From positions 2,657 through 66,656 of the forward strand of contig DATBTL010000246.1 of NCBI GenBank assembly GCA_036559345.1: a DNA stretch of 64,000 nt, read 5' to 3'. The DNA comes from Chloroflexota bacterium (GTDB lineage: Bacteria; Chloroflexota; UBA5177; JANWHV01). The translations under genes and the position numbers were made by a program. Under the pieces are notes generated by a model. The model was not told where the DNA came from. It saw only the letters and a list, made by a program, of their open reading frames with translations, and did no database searches. This document shows positions 1 through 9,494 of the stretch, piece by piece (positions within the stretch are counted from its first letter, which is position 1; each line of letters begins with the position of its first letter).

Positions 1-18
1 GGCGGCAGGCGGAGACGA

Positions 19-462
19 TTACCGCGGGCGAGTGAGATGACCGAGCACTCCCGTGGGCTCGACCGCGAGGATTGGCGAGTGCGCGAAATCCCTGGTGTTC
101 CGTGTGACAATCAGGGCAAGTCCGGCGGCCTGCGCGCTGGCGATCTGGACATTGTCCTCGAAGTCGCCGCCAGGCAAGGAAAGCGCCGCGGACAGGATGG
201 CCCGATTCACGGCGAGAATGCCGAATGCTTGGAGACATGCCTCCATCGCTTGATGCGCCCGGTCGATACCCACGAGTTTTCGGCAGACATAGTAGATATC
301 GGTCAGAGCGGAGGCAGACAGGTACGCTACCAGGTGCCCGGCATCGTGCGCGTCCCACATCGGTTGCGCGTCGTGTAACCAGGGGTGGCGGGCGAGCAGG
401 AGGTCCAGCACCACGTTCGTGTCGACGAGAACGTGCAGGGTATGGGCGGATGGCTGGCCCAT
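19..462 (-). CDS. vapC: PIN-domain toxin (VapC-like)
   Basis: ORF 19..603 trimmed to ATG at 462 (GGGGA upstream). LHVLVDTNVVLDLL near the N-terminus and LIVTRNTRDF near the C-terminus are classic PIN/VapC motifs. It starts 14 nt after the stop of a small upstream ORF. Confidence 0.8.
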   Translation of the reverse strand: MGQPSAHTLHVLVDTNVVLDLLLARHPWLHDAQPMWDAHDAGHLVAYLSASALTDIYYVCRKLVGIDRAHQAMEACLQAFGILAVNRAILSAALSLPGGDFEDNVQIASAQAAGLALIVTRNTRDFAHSPILAVEPTGVLGHLTRPR

Positions 463-475
463 CGTGTCCCCTGGG

Positions 476-724
476 CTAGCCATACTTCTCCACGCGGCGC
501 TCGTCGAGCCACCGCGCGACCTCCTCATCGGAGGGCGGCGGATGCCCGGTTGCCGCCAGACCAGCCAACTGCCGCCATGAAGGAGGCCGGGCCGTCGCGG
601 CACGCATGGATGCGTGCTCGAGGATCAGATGGGCAAGCGCCACCTGATCCTCGACCGGCCACGTCTCGATTTTGCGCAGAATCTCCTGCTGAGCCGTGAT
701 TGGCGTTGTCATGGGTTTGCCCAC
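476..724 (-). CDS. Putative type II antitoxin partner of the PIN toxin
   Basis: 82-aa ORF directly upstream of the PIN gene, with antitoxin-like size and position. Tail is ...SDEEVARWLDERRVEKYG. Family not recognised. Start is GTG 724 or ATG 712. Confidence 0.5.
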   Translation of the reverse strand: MGKPMTTPITAQQEILRKIETWPVEDQVALAHLILEHASMRAATARPPSWRQLAGLAATGHPPPSDEEVARWLDERRVEKYG

Positions 725-949
725 GTTCTCAGTACTGTCTCCAGCTCACCAGAACATCCATCCACATGCACCAGAAGGAGGGACCGTACCATTGGGTCCA
801 ACCAAACGCGGATATTCTCTCGTCACCAGCATACCAGCTTCCCGACCCCTAGCGGGGAGCCCACGGCTGGTGGTGGGATGCATGACGGCCTTGCGACGGG
901 CGAGGGTCTTTTCCACTCCGCGATAAATCGGCGTCCCTCGGCGAGGGTT

Positions 950-977
950 ACCCCCGATAAGAGCAGTTATCAGGGGT
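950..977. other. dif-like tyrosine-recombinase core site (11-bp arm / 6-bp spacer / 11-bp arm)
   Basis: ACCCCCGATAA-GAGCAG-TTATCAGGGGT. The two 11-bp arms are inverted copies (10/11) with an ATAA-N6-TTAT centre, as in Xer dif sites. It ends 11 nt before the recombinase ORF. Confidence 0.4.
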
Positions 978-987
978 TGGGCATGGT

Positions 988-2001
988 ATGCTGGACGCGT
1001 CGCATGCACATGAAAGGCCGCCGATGTCCACCACCGCCCCGTCCCTCGCCGCCCCATTAACCGCGCTCCTGCCCGCCGTGGCCGGCGATGCCCTGGGCCA
1101 GGCGCGTGCCTGGGCCGACCTGGCCTCCGACGAACGGCGCCGCCGAGCCAGCGCCGCCGCCGTGGCTCACGACGGCAGGGCCCTGGCCGCGTTGGCCGAT
1201 GCCTACCTCACCTTGCGCGGCAGCGCCGGGGCCACGGTCAGCGCCCATACCCGTCGGGCCTACCGGACCGGCATCCTGGCCCTGGTGGCGGCCTGGCGCG
1301 AGGAAAACCTGCTCCACCCTGGGCAGGAGGCGGCCGCCATCTGGCTGCGCGCCCTGGAGACCGGCGGGGCCAGTCCCAGCACGGCGCGGGTGCGCCTGGC
1401 CGGGGGGCGGCTGCTCTACCGGGCTCTCCGCTGGACACGGGCCACCGCCGCCGACCCCTTTACCGACACGCGGGCGGCGCCCGACCGCACCGCGCCCTGG
1501 GATAAACGCAGTCCCTATACTCCCGAGGAGATAGCCCAACTGCTCGGCGCCGCCTCCGTGCGCGACCAGGTGCTCGTCTTGCTGGGCGCCCATGCCGGCC
1601 TGCGGGTGGCGGAGGCATGCGCCGTGCGGTGGGAAGCCGTCGACCTCGCGACTGGGCGGCTGGTGGTAGAGGCCGGCAAGGGCGGCAAACGCCGGGTAGT
1701 GCCGCTTTCGGGGTCACTTCGGGCGGCCCTCCTCGCCCTCGGGCCTGGCAAGGGAGAGGAGCGAGTGGCGCCGATCACCGCGGACGTGGTCCGGGAACGG
1801 ATCGAACGGTTGGCGAGGAAAGCTGGGCTGCGCTACCGCGGCTATCATGCCCTGCGCCACGCGGCGGGCACGCGGGCCGCCCGCGAGGGCCTGGGTTTGG
1901 AAGGGATTGCCACCTTCCTCGGGCACAGCAACGTACAGACCAGCCGCATTTATCAGCACTGGGCGGATGAGTCGGTACGGCAGACCGTAAGCGCCTGGTG
2001 A
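988..2001 (+). CDS. Tyrosine site-specific recombinase (XerC/XerD / phage-integrase family)
   Basis: AGLRVAEACAVRW, HALRHAAGTRAA and GHSNVQTSRIYQHW supply the R...HxxR...Y catalytic signature. An alternative ATG at 1024 has a GAAAGG RBS. Confidence 0.85.
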   Translation: MLDASHAHERPPMSTTAPSLAAPLTALLPAVAGDALGQARAWADLASDERRRRASAAAVAHDGRALAALADAYLTLRGSAGATVSAHTRRAYRTGILALVAAWREENLLHPGQEAAAIWLRALETGGASPSTARVRLAGGRLLYRALRWTRATAADPFTDTRAAPDRTAPWDKRSPYTPEEIAQLLGAASVRDQVLVLLGAHAGLRVAEACAVRWEAVDLATGRLVVEAGKGGKRRVVPLSGSLRAALLALGPGKGEERVAPITADVVRERIERLARKAGLRYRGYHALRHAAGTRAAREGLGLEGIATFLGHSNVQTSRIYQHWADESVRQTVSAW

Positions 2002-2115
2002 CGCATCGACCGGCAATCGAGATACGCGCTCGGCACGCTCCCCGCGATACTGTTATCAGTCTTGGCGCCTGGTGACCGGGCGATCCGCCGGCGTCTTGGC
2101 GGATCGCGGCCGGGA

Positions 2116-3204
2116 TTAGAGAACCCGCAGCCGCGCGATGGCCTCGCGATCCCACGCGATGCCCAGGCCGGGCTCGGAGGGCGCGATGGCATGGCCATCG
2201 ACGATCGCCACCTCCCGTGTAGTCACCGCCCGCAATTGCGGAATGTATTCGACGTAGAGAGCGTTCGGGACCGCGGCGGCCAGGCTGACGTGTAGCTCCA
2301 TCAGAAAGTGCGGCGCGACCTGCACGTTGAACGCTTCAGCCAGATGGGCGGTTTTCAACCAGGGCGTGATGCCACCGATGCGCGCCGCGTCCACTTGCAC
2401 GATCGTTGCCGCCCCGGCGGCAAGATATTCCCGGAAGTGGCTGAGCGAATAGATGCTCTCACCAACCGCGATCGGCACGCTGGTGGAGGCGGCGAGTTGG
2501 ACGTGCCCCGTGAGGTCCTCGGCTGGGAGCGGCTCCTCGAACCAATAGACATCGGCCTGCTCCAACATGCGCGCCCAGCGTCTGGCCCTCGCCACGGTCA
2601 TCGACTGATTCGCGTCGACCATAATGTGCATTCGAGGGCCGACCGCCGCGCGCACCGCCGTCAAACGCTCCGCGTCCTCGGCCAGATGTGGTTTGCCGAC
2701 CTTGAGCTTGACTCCTGGCCAGCCTTGCGCCTGGGACCGCAGCGCTCCCGCCACCAATTGTTCGGTCGAAAGATGCAGCCAGCCGCCTTCCGTGTCATAG
2801 AGCGGTACGCTCGGACGGGCGCCCCCAGCCACCATCCAGAGCGGTTGACCGGCCGAGAGACAGCGGAGATCCCACAAGGCGGTATCTACCGCGGCCAGGG
2901 CCAGACTGGTGATCGCCCCGACCGCCGTGGCATGGGTCGCCCAGAAGAGTTTCCCCCAGAGCGCCTCGACCTGACGGGCGTCCTCACCGAGCAGAAGATC
3001 CAGGAGATCGGTGCGCAGTAAGGCAAGGACGGCCCGCCCGCCGGTCCCGATCGTATAGGAATAGCCCGTCCCCGTGAGGCCAGCCTCGGTTTCAATCTCA
3101 ACAAAGATCGTTTCCTGTTTCAGGAATGATTGGATGGCATCGGTACGTTGGGTTTCAACCGGGATGTCGCACAGATAGGCTTCGGCTCGCACGATCCTTG
3201 ACAT
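2116..3204 (-). CDS. Enolase-superfamily (mandelate racemase subgroup) acid-sugar dehydratase
   Basis: ORF 2116..3351 trimmed to ATG 3204 (GGAGGAA 9 nt upstream). Motifs: VKLKVGK (KxK), VDANQ, WFEEP, VGES metal ligands, VDAARIGG, APHF. Confidence 0.85.
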   Translation of the reverse strand: MSRIVRAEAYLCDIPVETQRTDAIQSFLKQETIFVEIETEAGLTGTGYSYTIGTGGRAVLALLRTDLLDLLLGEDARQVEALWGKLFWATHATAVGAITSLALAAVDTALWDLRCLSAGQPLWMVAGGARPSVPLYDTEGGWLHLSTEQLVAGALRSQAQGWPGVKLKVGKPHLAEDAERLTAVRAAVGPRMHIMVDANQSMTVARARRWARMLEQADVYWFEEPLPAEDLTGHVQLAASTSVPIAVGESIYSLSHFREYLAAGAATIVQVDAARIGGITPWLKTAHLAEAFNVQVAPHFLMELHVSLAAAVPNALYVEYIPQLRAVTTREVAIVDGHAIAPSEPGLGIAWDREAIARLRVL

Positions 3205-3311
3205 GGTGTCTTGTTCCTCCGTCACGGTCATCCCGCAGGTGGTCCGGTGAATGGCGATTCGTGATTCCGCGTCACGACATGCCCCAACGGCGGGCACTTG
3301 ATGGCGAGCGA

Positions 3312-3635
3312 TCAATCGGTATGAAAGACCTCGGGGACGGACGTCCACCACTCGTCCGGCTTAGCGCCGGCGAGCGGCTGCTGCATCGGCTTGCAAAGCG
3401 CCCACCATTCCTGGGTCTTGGGATCGGCGGCCATTTTCGCCATGTCCGCCGGGTAATCCTGGCCGTGATACTCAAAATAGGCAATCAGCATCGTGTCGTG
3501 CCGGTAGATCGAGTAGTTCCGCATGTTGCAGTCCCGAATGGTGGCCAGCACCTCCGGCCACACCGCCGCGTGAAGCCGCTCGTACTCGGGGATTTGGTCC
3601 CCCTTGATCCCGATCAGTTGACAATAGCGTTGCAT
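3312..3635 (-). CDS. rhaM: L-rhamnose mutarotase family protein
   Basis: 107 aa. Pattern Y..LH..VWPEV...NYSIY...EWW...EVFH matches RhaM/YiiL-type mutarotases. GGAGGGG RBS. Confidence 0.75.
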   Translation of the reverse strand: MQRYCQLIGIKGDQIPEYERLHAAVWPEVLATIRDCNMRNYSIYRHDTMLIAYFEYHGQDYPADMAKMAADPKTQEWWALCKPMQQPLAGAKPDEWWTSVPEVFHTD

Positions 3636-3647
3636 GCGCCCCTCCGC

Positions 3648-4490
3648 TTAGATGTGGTAGATACGCTCGGCGGTCCCGCCCAGCACCGCGGCGATCTCTT
3701 GATCGGTCCGCCCGGCCAGGGCGCGATTCGTCTCGGCCCATACCCGCCCGTAGTCGCCAGCTAGCACGCACACCGGCCAGTCGCTCCCGAACATCAGGCG
3801 ATCAGCGCCAAAGCAATCAAAGGCATGATCGATAGAGGGCTTGAGGGTCGCCGCCGACCAGTTTTCGGGGTCGGCGGCGGTATTGAGACCGGAAATCTTG
3901 GCATGGACGTTCGGGTACCGGGCGGCCTCGGCCAATTGGCTCGCCCACGGCTCCATCACTCCGGCTTTGATCGGCGGCTTGGCCAGATGATCGATAACCA
4001 AGGTGAGCTCGGGGAAGAGCGACGCCAGGGTGGGCACGTGCTTCAGATGGTGCGGGAAGACGGCAACTACCTCGAAAATGAGCTTGCGGTCCGCCACGGT
4101 TTGCAGCCCGCGGAGCACCTGGCCCTGCACCACCCAATCGGGATCCGGCTCGTCATGGATCAAGTGGCGGATGCCGCGAAACTTCGGGTGTTCCCGGTAA
4201 CGGTCGAGCGCTTCCGCCGCCTCAGCTGGTTTCAGGAGCGGTGCCCAGCCGATTACCGCCCCGATCCAGGGGTACTGGTCGGCCTGCCGCAGCATCGCGT
4301 CGGTATCCTCGTAGGAGTTCGCCGCTTGCACGAGGACGGTGGCGTCTATGCCCGCGGCGTGGAGTTGAGGCTCCAACTCAGGTGGCGCATAGGTGCGGAA
4401 TAGTGGTCCAAATTCCGAGGTTAACCATGGGTAGGTACCGGTTTCCAGATTCCAAAAGTGTTGGTGGGTATCGATCTTCCTGGTGGCCAT
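3648..4490 (-). CDS. Amidohydrolase-2 family protein (sugar-acid lactonase-like)
   Basis: N-terminal KIDTHQHFW metal motif and length typical of fucono/rhamnono-lactonase-type amidohydrolases. ATG 4490 (GTG 4493 possible). Same strand as the mutarotase and dehydratase. Confidence 0.8.
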   Translation of the reverse strand: MATRKIDTHQHFWNLETGTYPWLTSEFGPLFRTYAPPELEPQLHAAGIDATVLVQAANSYEDTDAMLRQADQYPWIGAVIGWAPLLKPAEAAEALDRYREHPKFRGIRHLIHDEPDPDWVVQGQVLRGLQTVADRKLIFEVVAVFPHHLKHVPTLASLFPELTLVIDHLAKPPIKAGVMEPWASQLAEAARYPNVHAKISGLNTAADPENWSAATLKPSIDHAFDCFGADRLMFGSDWPVCVLAGDYGRVWAETNRALAGRTDQEIAAVLGGTAERIYHI

Positions 4491-4525
4491 CACGCTACTC
4501 CACCGGCGCTATGCCGCTGCTTGCG

Positions 4526-4540
4526 GGAACGATTGCGAAA
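4526..4540. promoter_or_regulatory. LacI-type operator-like motif, copy 1 (GGAACGATTGCGAAA)
   Basis: The reverse complement TTTCGCAATCGTTCC matches copy 2 (TTTGCAATCGTTACC) and the copy at 9495. Lies in the divergent intergenic region between the lactonase operon and the LacI gene. Confidence 0.4.
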
Positions 4541-4652
4541 TATAGGGTTGGCGAGCGCACCCAAGACTTGCACACGCTATGAACGAGGAGTCTGACATGC
4601 GTCTCCTTGGGCCCGTCTTCTATCGTTGAGCGCGGAGCCATGGTAACATAGT

Positions 4653-4667
4653 TTTGCAATCGTTACC
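4653..4667. promoter_or_regulatory. LacI-type operator-like motif, copy 2 (TTTGCAATCGTTACC)
   Basis: Central CG with imperfect dyad. Flanked by TGGTAAC (4641-4647) and GTTACCA (4662-4668). About 75 nt upstream of the LacI ATG. Confidence 0.4.
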
Positions 4668-4742
4668 AATAGAATGGTCCGGCGGATCGCGGGCCGGCTA
4701 CCTGTCGCGACCGCCAGGCGCGCGGATGATACGGGAGGGTGC

Positions 4743-5786
4743 ATGGGCGTCACGCTGAAGGAGCTTTCGGACAGCCTGGGGCTCTCCACATCCACGGTGT
4801 CGCGAGCCCTGAGCGGTCGGGAGTTCAAGCGGGCGTCCACCCGTGCCCAGGTGACGAGGATTCTGACGCGGGCGGGGGAGCTTGGCTACGAGCCCAATGG
4901 CCTGGCCCGGAGCCTCAAGACGAAGCGCCGCCGGGTAATCGGACTCATCTTACCGGACATCATGAACGACTACTACGCGGCGGCGGCCACCCAGGTTCAG
5001 GCGACCCTGGCAGCGGCCGGCTATCAGGTCATTCTCTGTGTCACGGGCGACGACCCGGCGATCGAAGCGGCGCAGCGGCGCCTCCTGCGAGAGGAGCGCG
5101 TGGCGGGGATGGTGGTGGTGCCGAGCCCCCAACTGGGACCCGCCCATGGCATGCCAGGCCTCCGGTCCGCCATGCCGGTGATCGAGTTGGTTCGCCACGG
5201 CGTTAATTCGCGGGACGACGCGGTATTGATTGACGATGTGGATGCCGGAAGGCAAGGTACGGAGCACCTGCTCGGTCTCGGGCATCGCCGGATCGCGGTC
5301 CTGACCGGACCAAGTACGTTCAGTACGTCGCGCCTCCGTCTCGATGGCTATCGCCAGGCGCTCGGGCAAGCGGGAGTCTCGATCGATCCGGCGATCATTC
5401 AATCCGGCCCCTATCGGCGGGATGCGGCGCGCGTGGCGACCAGCGCCCTGCTCGGAGGGCGCGACCGGCCGACCGCCCTCATCGCCACCAGCAACGAATT
5501 GGTGATCGGCGCCTTGCAGGCGCTCGCCGCCCAGAACCTCCGCGTACCGGAGGACATCTCGCTGGTCGGTTTCGGCAACGCCGACTGGTTCGCGTTGCTT
5601 CGGCCCGCGCTCACCACGCTCGCGTTGCCCATCCAGGAAATGGCCATGGCGGCGGCGCACCTGTTGTTGAAACGGATCCGTCTGCTCGACGGCCCCAATT
5701 CCGCCTACGACACGGCGCCTATCGTCGCGCGCTACCAGGCGCAACTGATCACGCGCGAGTCAACCCGCCCCCTGGCCGTTTCCTGA
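4743..5786 (+). CDS. LacI family transcriptional regulator
   Basis: ORF 4674..5786 trimmed to ATG 4743 (GGGAGGG RBS). N-terminal HTH VTLKELSDSLGLSTSTVSRAL plus a periplasmic-binding-fold C-terminus. Confidence 0.9.
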   Translation: MGVTLKELSDSLGLSTSTVSRALSGREFKRASTRAQVTRILTRAGELGYEPNGLARSLKTKRRRVIGLILPDIMNDYYAAAATQVQATLAAAGYQVILCVTGDDPAIEAAQRRLLREERVAGMVVVPSPQLGPAHGMPGLRSAMPVIELVRHGVNSRDDAVLIDDVDAGRQGTEHLLGLGHRRIAVLTGPSTFSTSRLRLDGYRQALGQAGVSIDPAIIQSGPYRRDAARVATSALLGGRDRPTALIATSNELVIGALQALAAQNLRVPEDISLVGFGNADWFALLRPALTTLALPIQEMAMAAAHLLLKRIRLLDGPNSAYDTAPIVARYQAQLITRESTRPLAVS

Positions 5787-5818
5787 AGTGGGTTGGCGAA
5801 GGACCGGCCGCGGCCTGC

Positions 5819-6745
5819 CTATTGGCCTTGCAAGCTGCCGCCCAGCAGCCCGGCCGCCCAGTATTTTCTGACCGCGACAAACAGGATGGCCACTGGCAGG
5901 GCGATGAGGAAGGCTCCGGTGATCACGTCCATGATGCTGATCGCCGAGCCGGCCGCTGAACTTGCCTGACTGCCCAGGGCGGTCTGGGCTGCCATGTTGC
6001 CCAATCCTACCGGCAGCGGCATCAGGTCGTCTCGCGCCTCCATCAAGAAAGGGAGGAAGAAGTTGTTCCAGTTGCTGACGAAGGTGAGCATCGCCACCGT
6101 GGCCAGCACGCCACGGGAGGTTGGGAGCGCGATGAAGCCAAAGATCTGGTATTCATTGGCGCCGTCAATGCGCGCCGCCTGCATAATCTCGCCGCTGAAC
6201 TGGAAACTGAAGAAGCTATAGCAGAGCCAGACACCGAAGGCGCTGGCGCTGGTCGGCAGGATCACCCCCCAGGGCGTGTTCACGATGCCGAGCTTCGAGC
6301 CTTCCAGATAGATCGGCACCGCCAGGGTGGTAGACGGAATCAACAGGGCGATAATGGTGATGAACAGCAGCGTCGTACGGCCGCGGAAGCGATACTTCGC
6401 CAGACCGAAACCGGCGGCCGCGCTGGTCACGATGACGATCGCGACGCTCGGGATCGTGTAGAGCAGCGAGTTTTTCGTCCAGGTCAGGAAGATCGAGCTG
6501 TTGTAGTTCAGCACATGGGTCACGTTGTCCCAGAGGCGAAACGACGAACCAAACCACAACGGTGACGAGGCGAATACGTCTTCCTTCGTCTTCATGCTCG
6601 CGACGATCAGCCACAGCACTGGGGCGAGAAAGTAGTAGCACAGGACGGCGAGTACCGCGGTTACCCCGAGATTGGTCAGGCGGCGGCGAAGGCGATAGTT
6701 GGTGGCCGTGGCCTGCTTTGGCGGCATTACGTTTCGCATCTCCAT
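5819..6745 (-). CDS. Carbohydrate ABC transporter permease
   Basis: The long ORF 5819..7276 overlaps the upstream permease, so it is trimmed to ATG 6745 (ATG 6739 has better GGGGGA spacing). Multi-TM with the EAA-like loop AARIDGANEYQIF. Confidence 0.85.
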   Translation of the reverse strand: MEMRNVMPPKQATATNYRLRRRLTNLGVTAVLAVLCYYFLAPVLWLIVASMKTKEDVFASSPLWFGSSFRLWDNVTHVLNYNSSIFLTWTKNSLLYTIPSVAIVIVTSAAAGFGLAKYRFRGRTTLLFITIIALLIPSTTLAVPIYLEGSKLGIVNTPWGVILPTSASAFGVWLCYSFFSFQFSGEIMQAARIDGANEYQIFGFIALPTSRGVLATVAMLTFVSNWNNFFLPFLMEARDDLMPLPVGLGNMAAQTALGSQASSAAGSAISIMDVITGAFLIALPVAILFVAVRKYWAAGLLGGSLQGQ

Positions 6746-6756
6746 CGTCCCCCGTG

Positions 6757-7701
6757 CTAGTCGCGCTCTTGCAACTGATAGATGCCGGAACGCCAGACAA
6801 AAAGGATGGCGAAAATGGAGGCGATGAAGAGCAGCAGCATCGCCGCCGCCGCCGCCAGGTTGAAAAAGCCGGATTGGAAGCTGATATTGTAGGCCCACAT
6901 ATTGGGCGTGAAGGTCGCGGATATCGATAAGGTATTCTGTAGTAGGTATGGTTCCGTAATCAAGGTCAAGACATAGCTGGTCACGCTGACCACCATCAGC
7001 ACCAGGACCGGCAAGAGAAGCGGAAGCTTGATGTGCCGGACCACGCCCAGTGCCCCTGCTCCCTCGATCCGCGCCATCTCCACCAACTCTTGCGGTATGC
7101 CGGCAAGCGATGCGGTCAGCACGATCACCCACGCCCCCACGTTCTGCCACACCACGATGTTCATGATCGCGTAGGGCAAGGTGGTTGGGGTGGAGAAAAA
7201 GAGAAGATCCTGGGCGCCGATGCGGTGCAGGAGCGGACCGAACACGCTGGAATCGGGCGAGAAGTTGAATGCCCACAAAATGGTCGAGGCGGTGGCGGGA
7301 ATGGCAAACGGAAGAAAGATGAGCAGCTTGATCAGGCCCTTGCCCCAGCCGGCCTTGCTATCGAGGATCAGGGCCACGACCGTGGCGATGATGCAAAAGA
7401 GCGGCGCCAAGGTGTAGACACACCGCCAAATTACCCCTGCCGCCGCCTGGAAGTCTGAGTCGTTGATCACCGCGCCGTAGTTGTTGAGGCCGACAAACTG
7501 ACCGGTCTGATCGGATTGCAGGCTGTTGTACAACGAGTACAAAGCCGGGCCGAGGCTGAACGCGAAGAGCAGGATGAAGAAGGGCGCGACAAACACCCAG
7601 GGTGCTACACGGACGCCGGCCAGGGCCGAGCGCCGGTGCCTGGAGCCGGGGCGAGGGATGAGCGTTCCCTGCGTCTGAGCCGATGTGTCCGTGGTCGCCA
7701 T
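6757..7701 (-). CDS. Carbohydrate ABC transporter permease
   Basis: Six hydrophobic segments and the EAA loop MARIEGAGALGVVRHIKLP typical of CUT1 permeases. Confidence 0.9.
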   Translation of the reverse strand: MATTDTSAQTQGTLIPRPGSRHRRSALAGVRVAPWVFVAPFFILLFAFSLGPALYSLYNSLQSDQTGQFVGLNNYGAVINDSDFQAAAGVIWRCVYTLAPLFCIIATVVALILDSKAGWGKGLIKLLIFLPFAIPATASTILWAFNFSPDSSVFGPLLHRIGAQDLLFFSTPTTLPYAIMNIVVWQNVGAWVIVLTASLAGIPQELVEMARIEGAGALGVVRHIKLPLLLPVLVLMVVSVTSYVLTLITEPYLLQNTLSISATFTPNMWAYNISFQSGFFNLAAAAAMLLLFIASIFAILFVWRSGIYQLQERD

Positions 7702-7825
7702 GCGGTTGTCCCCCGTTCGACCAGGTATACCAGAACGAAGCAGCGTGCGCTAGCCGGTGTATGTGATCCCAGGGCAAGCGGTCGGCGCCGCGGAATGGCG
7801 GCGCCGACCGGACGAGCAGGCCGAT

Positions 7826-9088
7826 TTACTTGACCTTTACGCCTTGCAACTTCAGGTTTGAAATCACCTGGCTCTGCAACTGCTGCAAGGTCGAATGCAC
7901 GTTCGCGCCGTTGATCATCTTGCTGGTAGCGGCAGTGACCTGTAGGTCAACATACGCCTGGTTTGGACTGTAAATCCAACCCGTTCCCGTGCGTTGCGCC
8001 GAGAGCGCCAACTGCTTGGCGACTTCGGTTGGATTAGCGAAATACGGGTCGGGCTGGAAAGCGCCCGCGACATTGTACACCCCGGTAAAGGATGGTACGG
8101 TAGCCGCCTGGTGCTGGAAGGTTGGCGAGGTGCTGCAATAGACGGCAAGCTGCTGCGCCAGGGCGAGGTGCTTGCTTTGCGGCGGGACGTAGAAGGCGCC
8201 GCCGCCCCACCACCCGACCGAAGGCAGCGAGGCGGTAAACGCCCACTGACCCTTTTGCTTGGGATAGCTAGGCTTGATCACATAGGCCCCCAGCCAGTTC
8301 GGGCCGACCGCGTATGGTACCGTGCCCTGGGAGAAAGCCTTACCGGAGACGGGCTTGGTAGGATCGTCGGGAAGGACGCCGCCGCTCCGCACCGCGGTCA
8401 CGTATTGGGTCGCCAGCTTCTCGGTCAGGGGCGTGGCGATGTTGACCGTCCAGCTCCCGTCGCTGTTCAGGGCGAACCACTTGGCGTGGTTGGCCCACGC
8501 GAGCCCTTCAAGGGCCCAGTTGTCGGCGCCAAGCCAGGCGATCGCGTATTTCTTGGTCTTCGCCAGGGTCGCGGCGTCGGCATAGACCTGATCGTACGAC
8601 GTAGGGATCTTGAGGCCGGCCGCCTTGATGGTGTTGACGTTCGACCAGATGCCCCAGGCGGCCATGTCGTGCGGCACCCCGATCAACTTGCCGCCCAGGG
8701 TGAGCGGCGCCAGGGTACCGGGCGCGTACTTCGCGCGTACGGCCGCCGGCACCAGAGCGGAGAGATCGGTGGTGAGGCCGAGTTGGTAGTAGTTCGCCGC
8801 GTATTCGACGTTGTCGAACACAACATCCGGGAACCCGCTGCCGCCGCCGGCGCGCTTGAGCACGTTGAGCTTGGGAATAGGGGCGAGCTGGGTTGTATAA
8901 ACGACTTTAACCCCGGGGTGAGAGTTTTGAAAGTCCTGCGCGCAGAGGTTCCGATCCGCCCAGGCCCACATGTTGAGCGTGACCGTCCCCTGTGGGTGCG
9001 CCGCGTGCGTGGCCGCCGGAACCCCGGCGATGGTCAGAGCCAGCATCGCGCCTACGGCGGCGCCGCGCATTTTCGTGCGTTTTTCCAT
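7826..9088 (-). CDS. ABC transporter extracellular sugar-binding protein
   Basis: Signal peptide MRGAAVGAMLALTIAGVPAATHA. About 420 aa, aromatic-rich SBP family 1 composition. First gene of an SBP-permease-permease unit. Confidence 0.9.
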   Translation of the reverse strand: MEKRTKMRGAAVGAMLALTIAGVPAATHAAHPQGTVTLNMWAWADRNLCAQDFQNSHPGVKVVYTTQLAPIPKLNVLKRAGGGSGFPDVVFDNVEYAANYYQLGLTTDLSALVPAAVRAKYAPGTLAPLTLGGKLIGVPHDMAAWGIWSNVNTIKAAGLKIPTSYDQVYADAATLAKTKKYAIAWLGADNWALEGLAWANHAKWFALNSDGSWTVNIATPLTEKLATQYVTAVRSGGVLPDDPTKPVSGKAFSQGTVPYAVGPNWLGAYVIKPSYPKQKGQWAFTASLPSVGWWGGGAFYVPPQSKHLALAQQLAVYCSTSPTFQHQAATVPSFTGVYNVAGAFQPDPYFANPTEVAKQLALSAQRTGTGWIYSPNQAYVDLQVTAATSKMINGANVHSTLQQLQSQVISNLKLQGVKVK

Positions 9089-9460
9089 GACTGTCCCCGT
9101 TCAGAAAAAAATTGCCGCCAACTAGAGAAGGTCAAACCCCGCTGGGAACGCCTAGCCGTCCTGTCCTCCTTCCGCTGTCCCTCACCGTCCGACACCACCT
9201 GTCGCGAACCGGCTCGCATATCGACATCGTTTGCACTTTTGAGTGGTTTCACTGTATGCGGTTGGCCCGACACTCGTCAAGTCTTGGACCGCGCCGATCC
9301 CTACTCATTCGAGCCGCGCCGTCATAAACAAACCGTGTTTCCGCCTTGATAAGAGAGAGGGGACAGTTCCGACCTCCTCCGCGACAGGCCAGTCCGAGTG
9401 CCATGAGTGTATCGCCTCTCGCATGAGTACAGGGTGAAGCGGGCGCCAGCCACGGTATGA

Positions 9461-9489
9461 TTGACAGCGCCAGCATCACGGCCTACACT
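9461..9489 (+). promoter_or_regulatory. Sigma-70-like promoter TTGACA-N17-TACACT
   Basis: Perfect -35 and a 4/6 -10 at 17-bp spacing, 40 nt upstream of the lyase ATG (9530). Confidence 0.45.
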
Positions 9490-9494
9490 CAATC

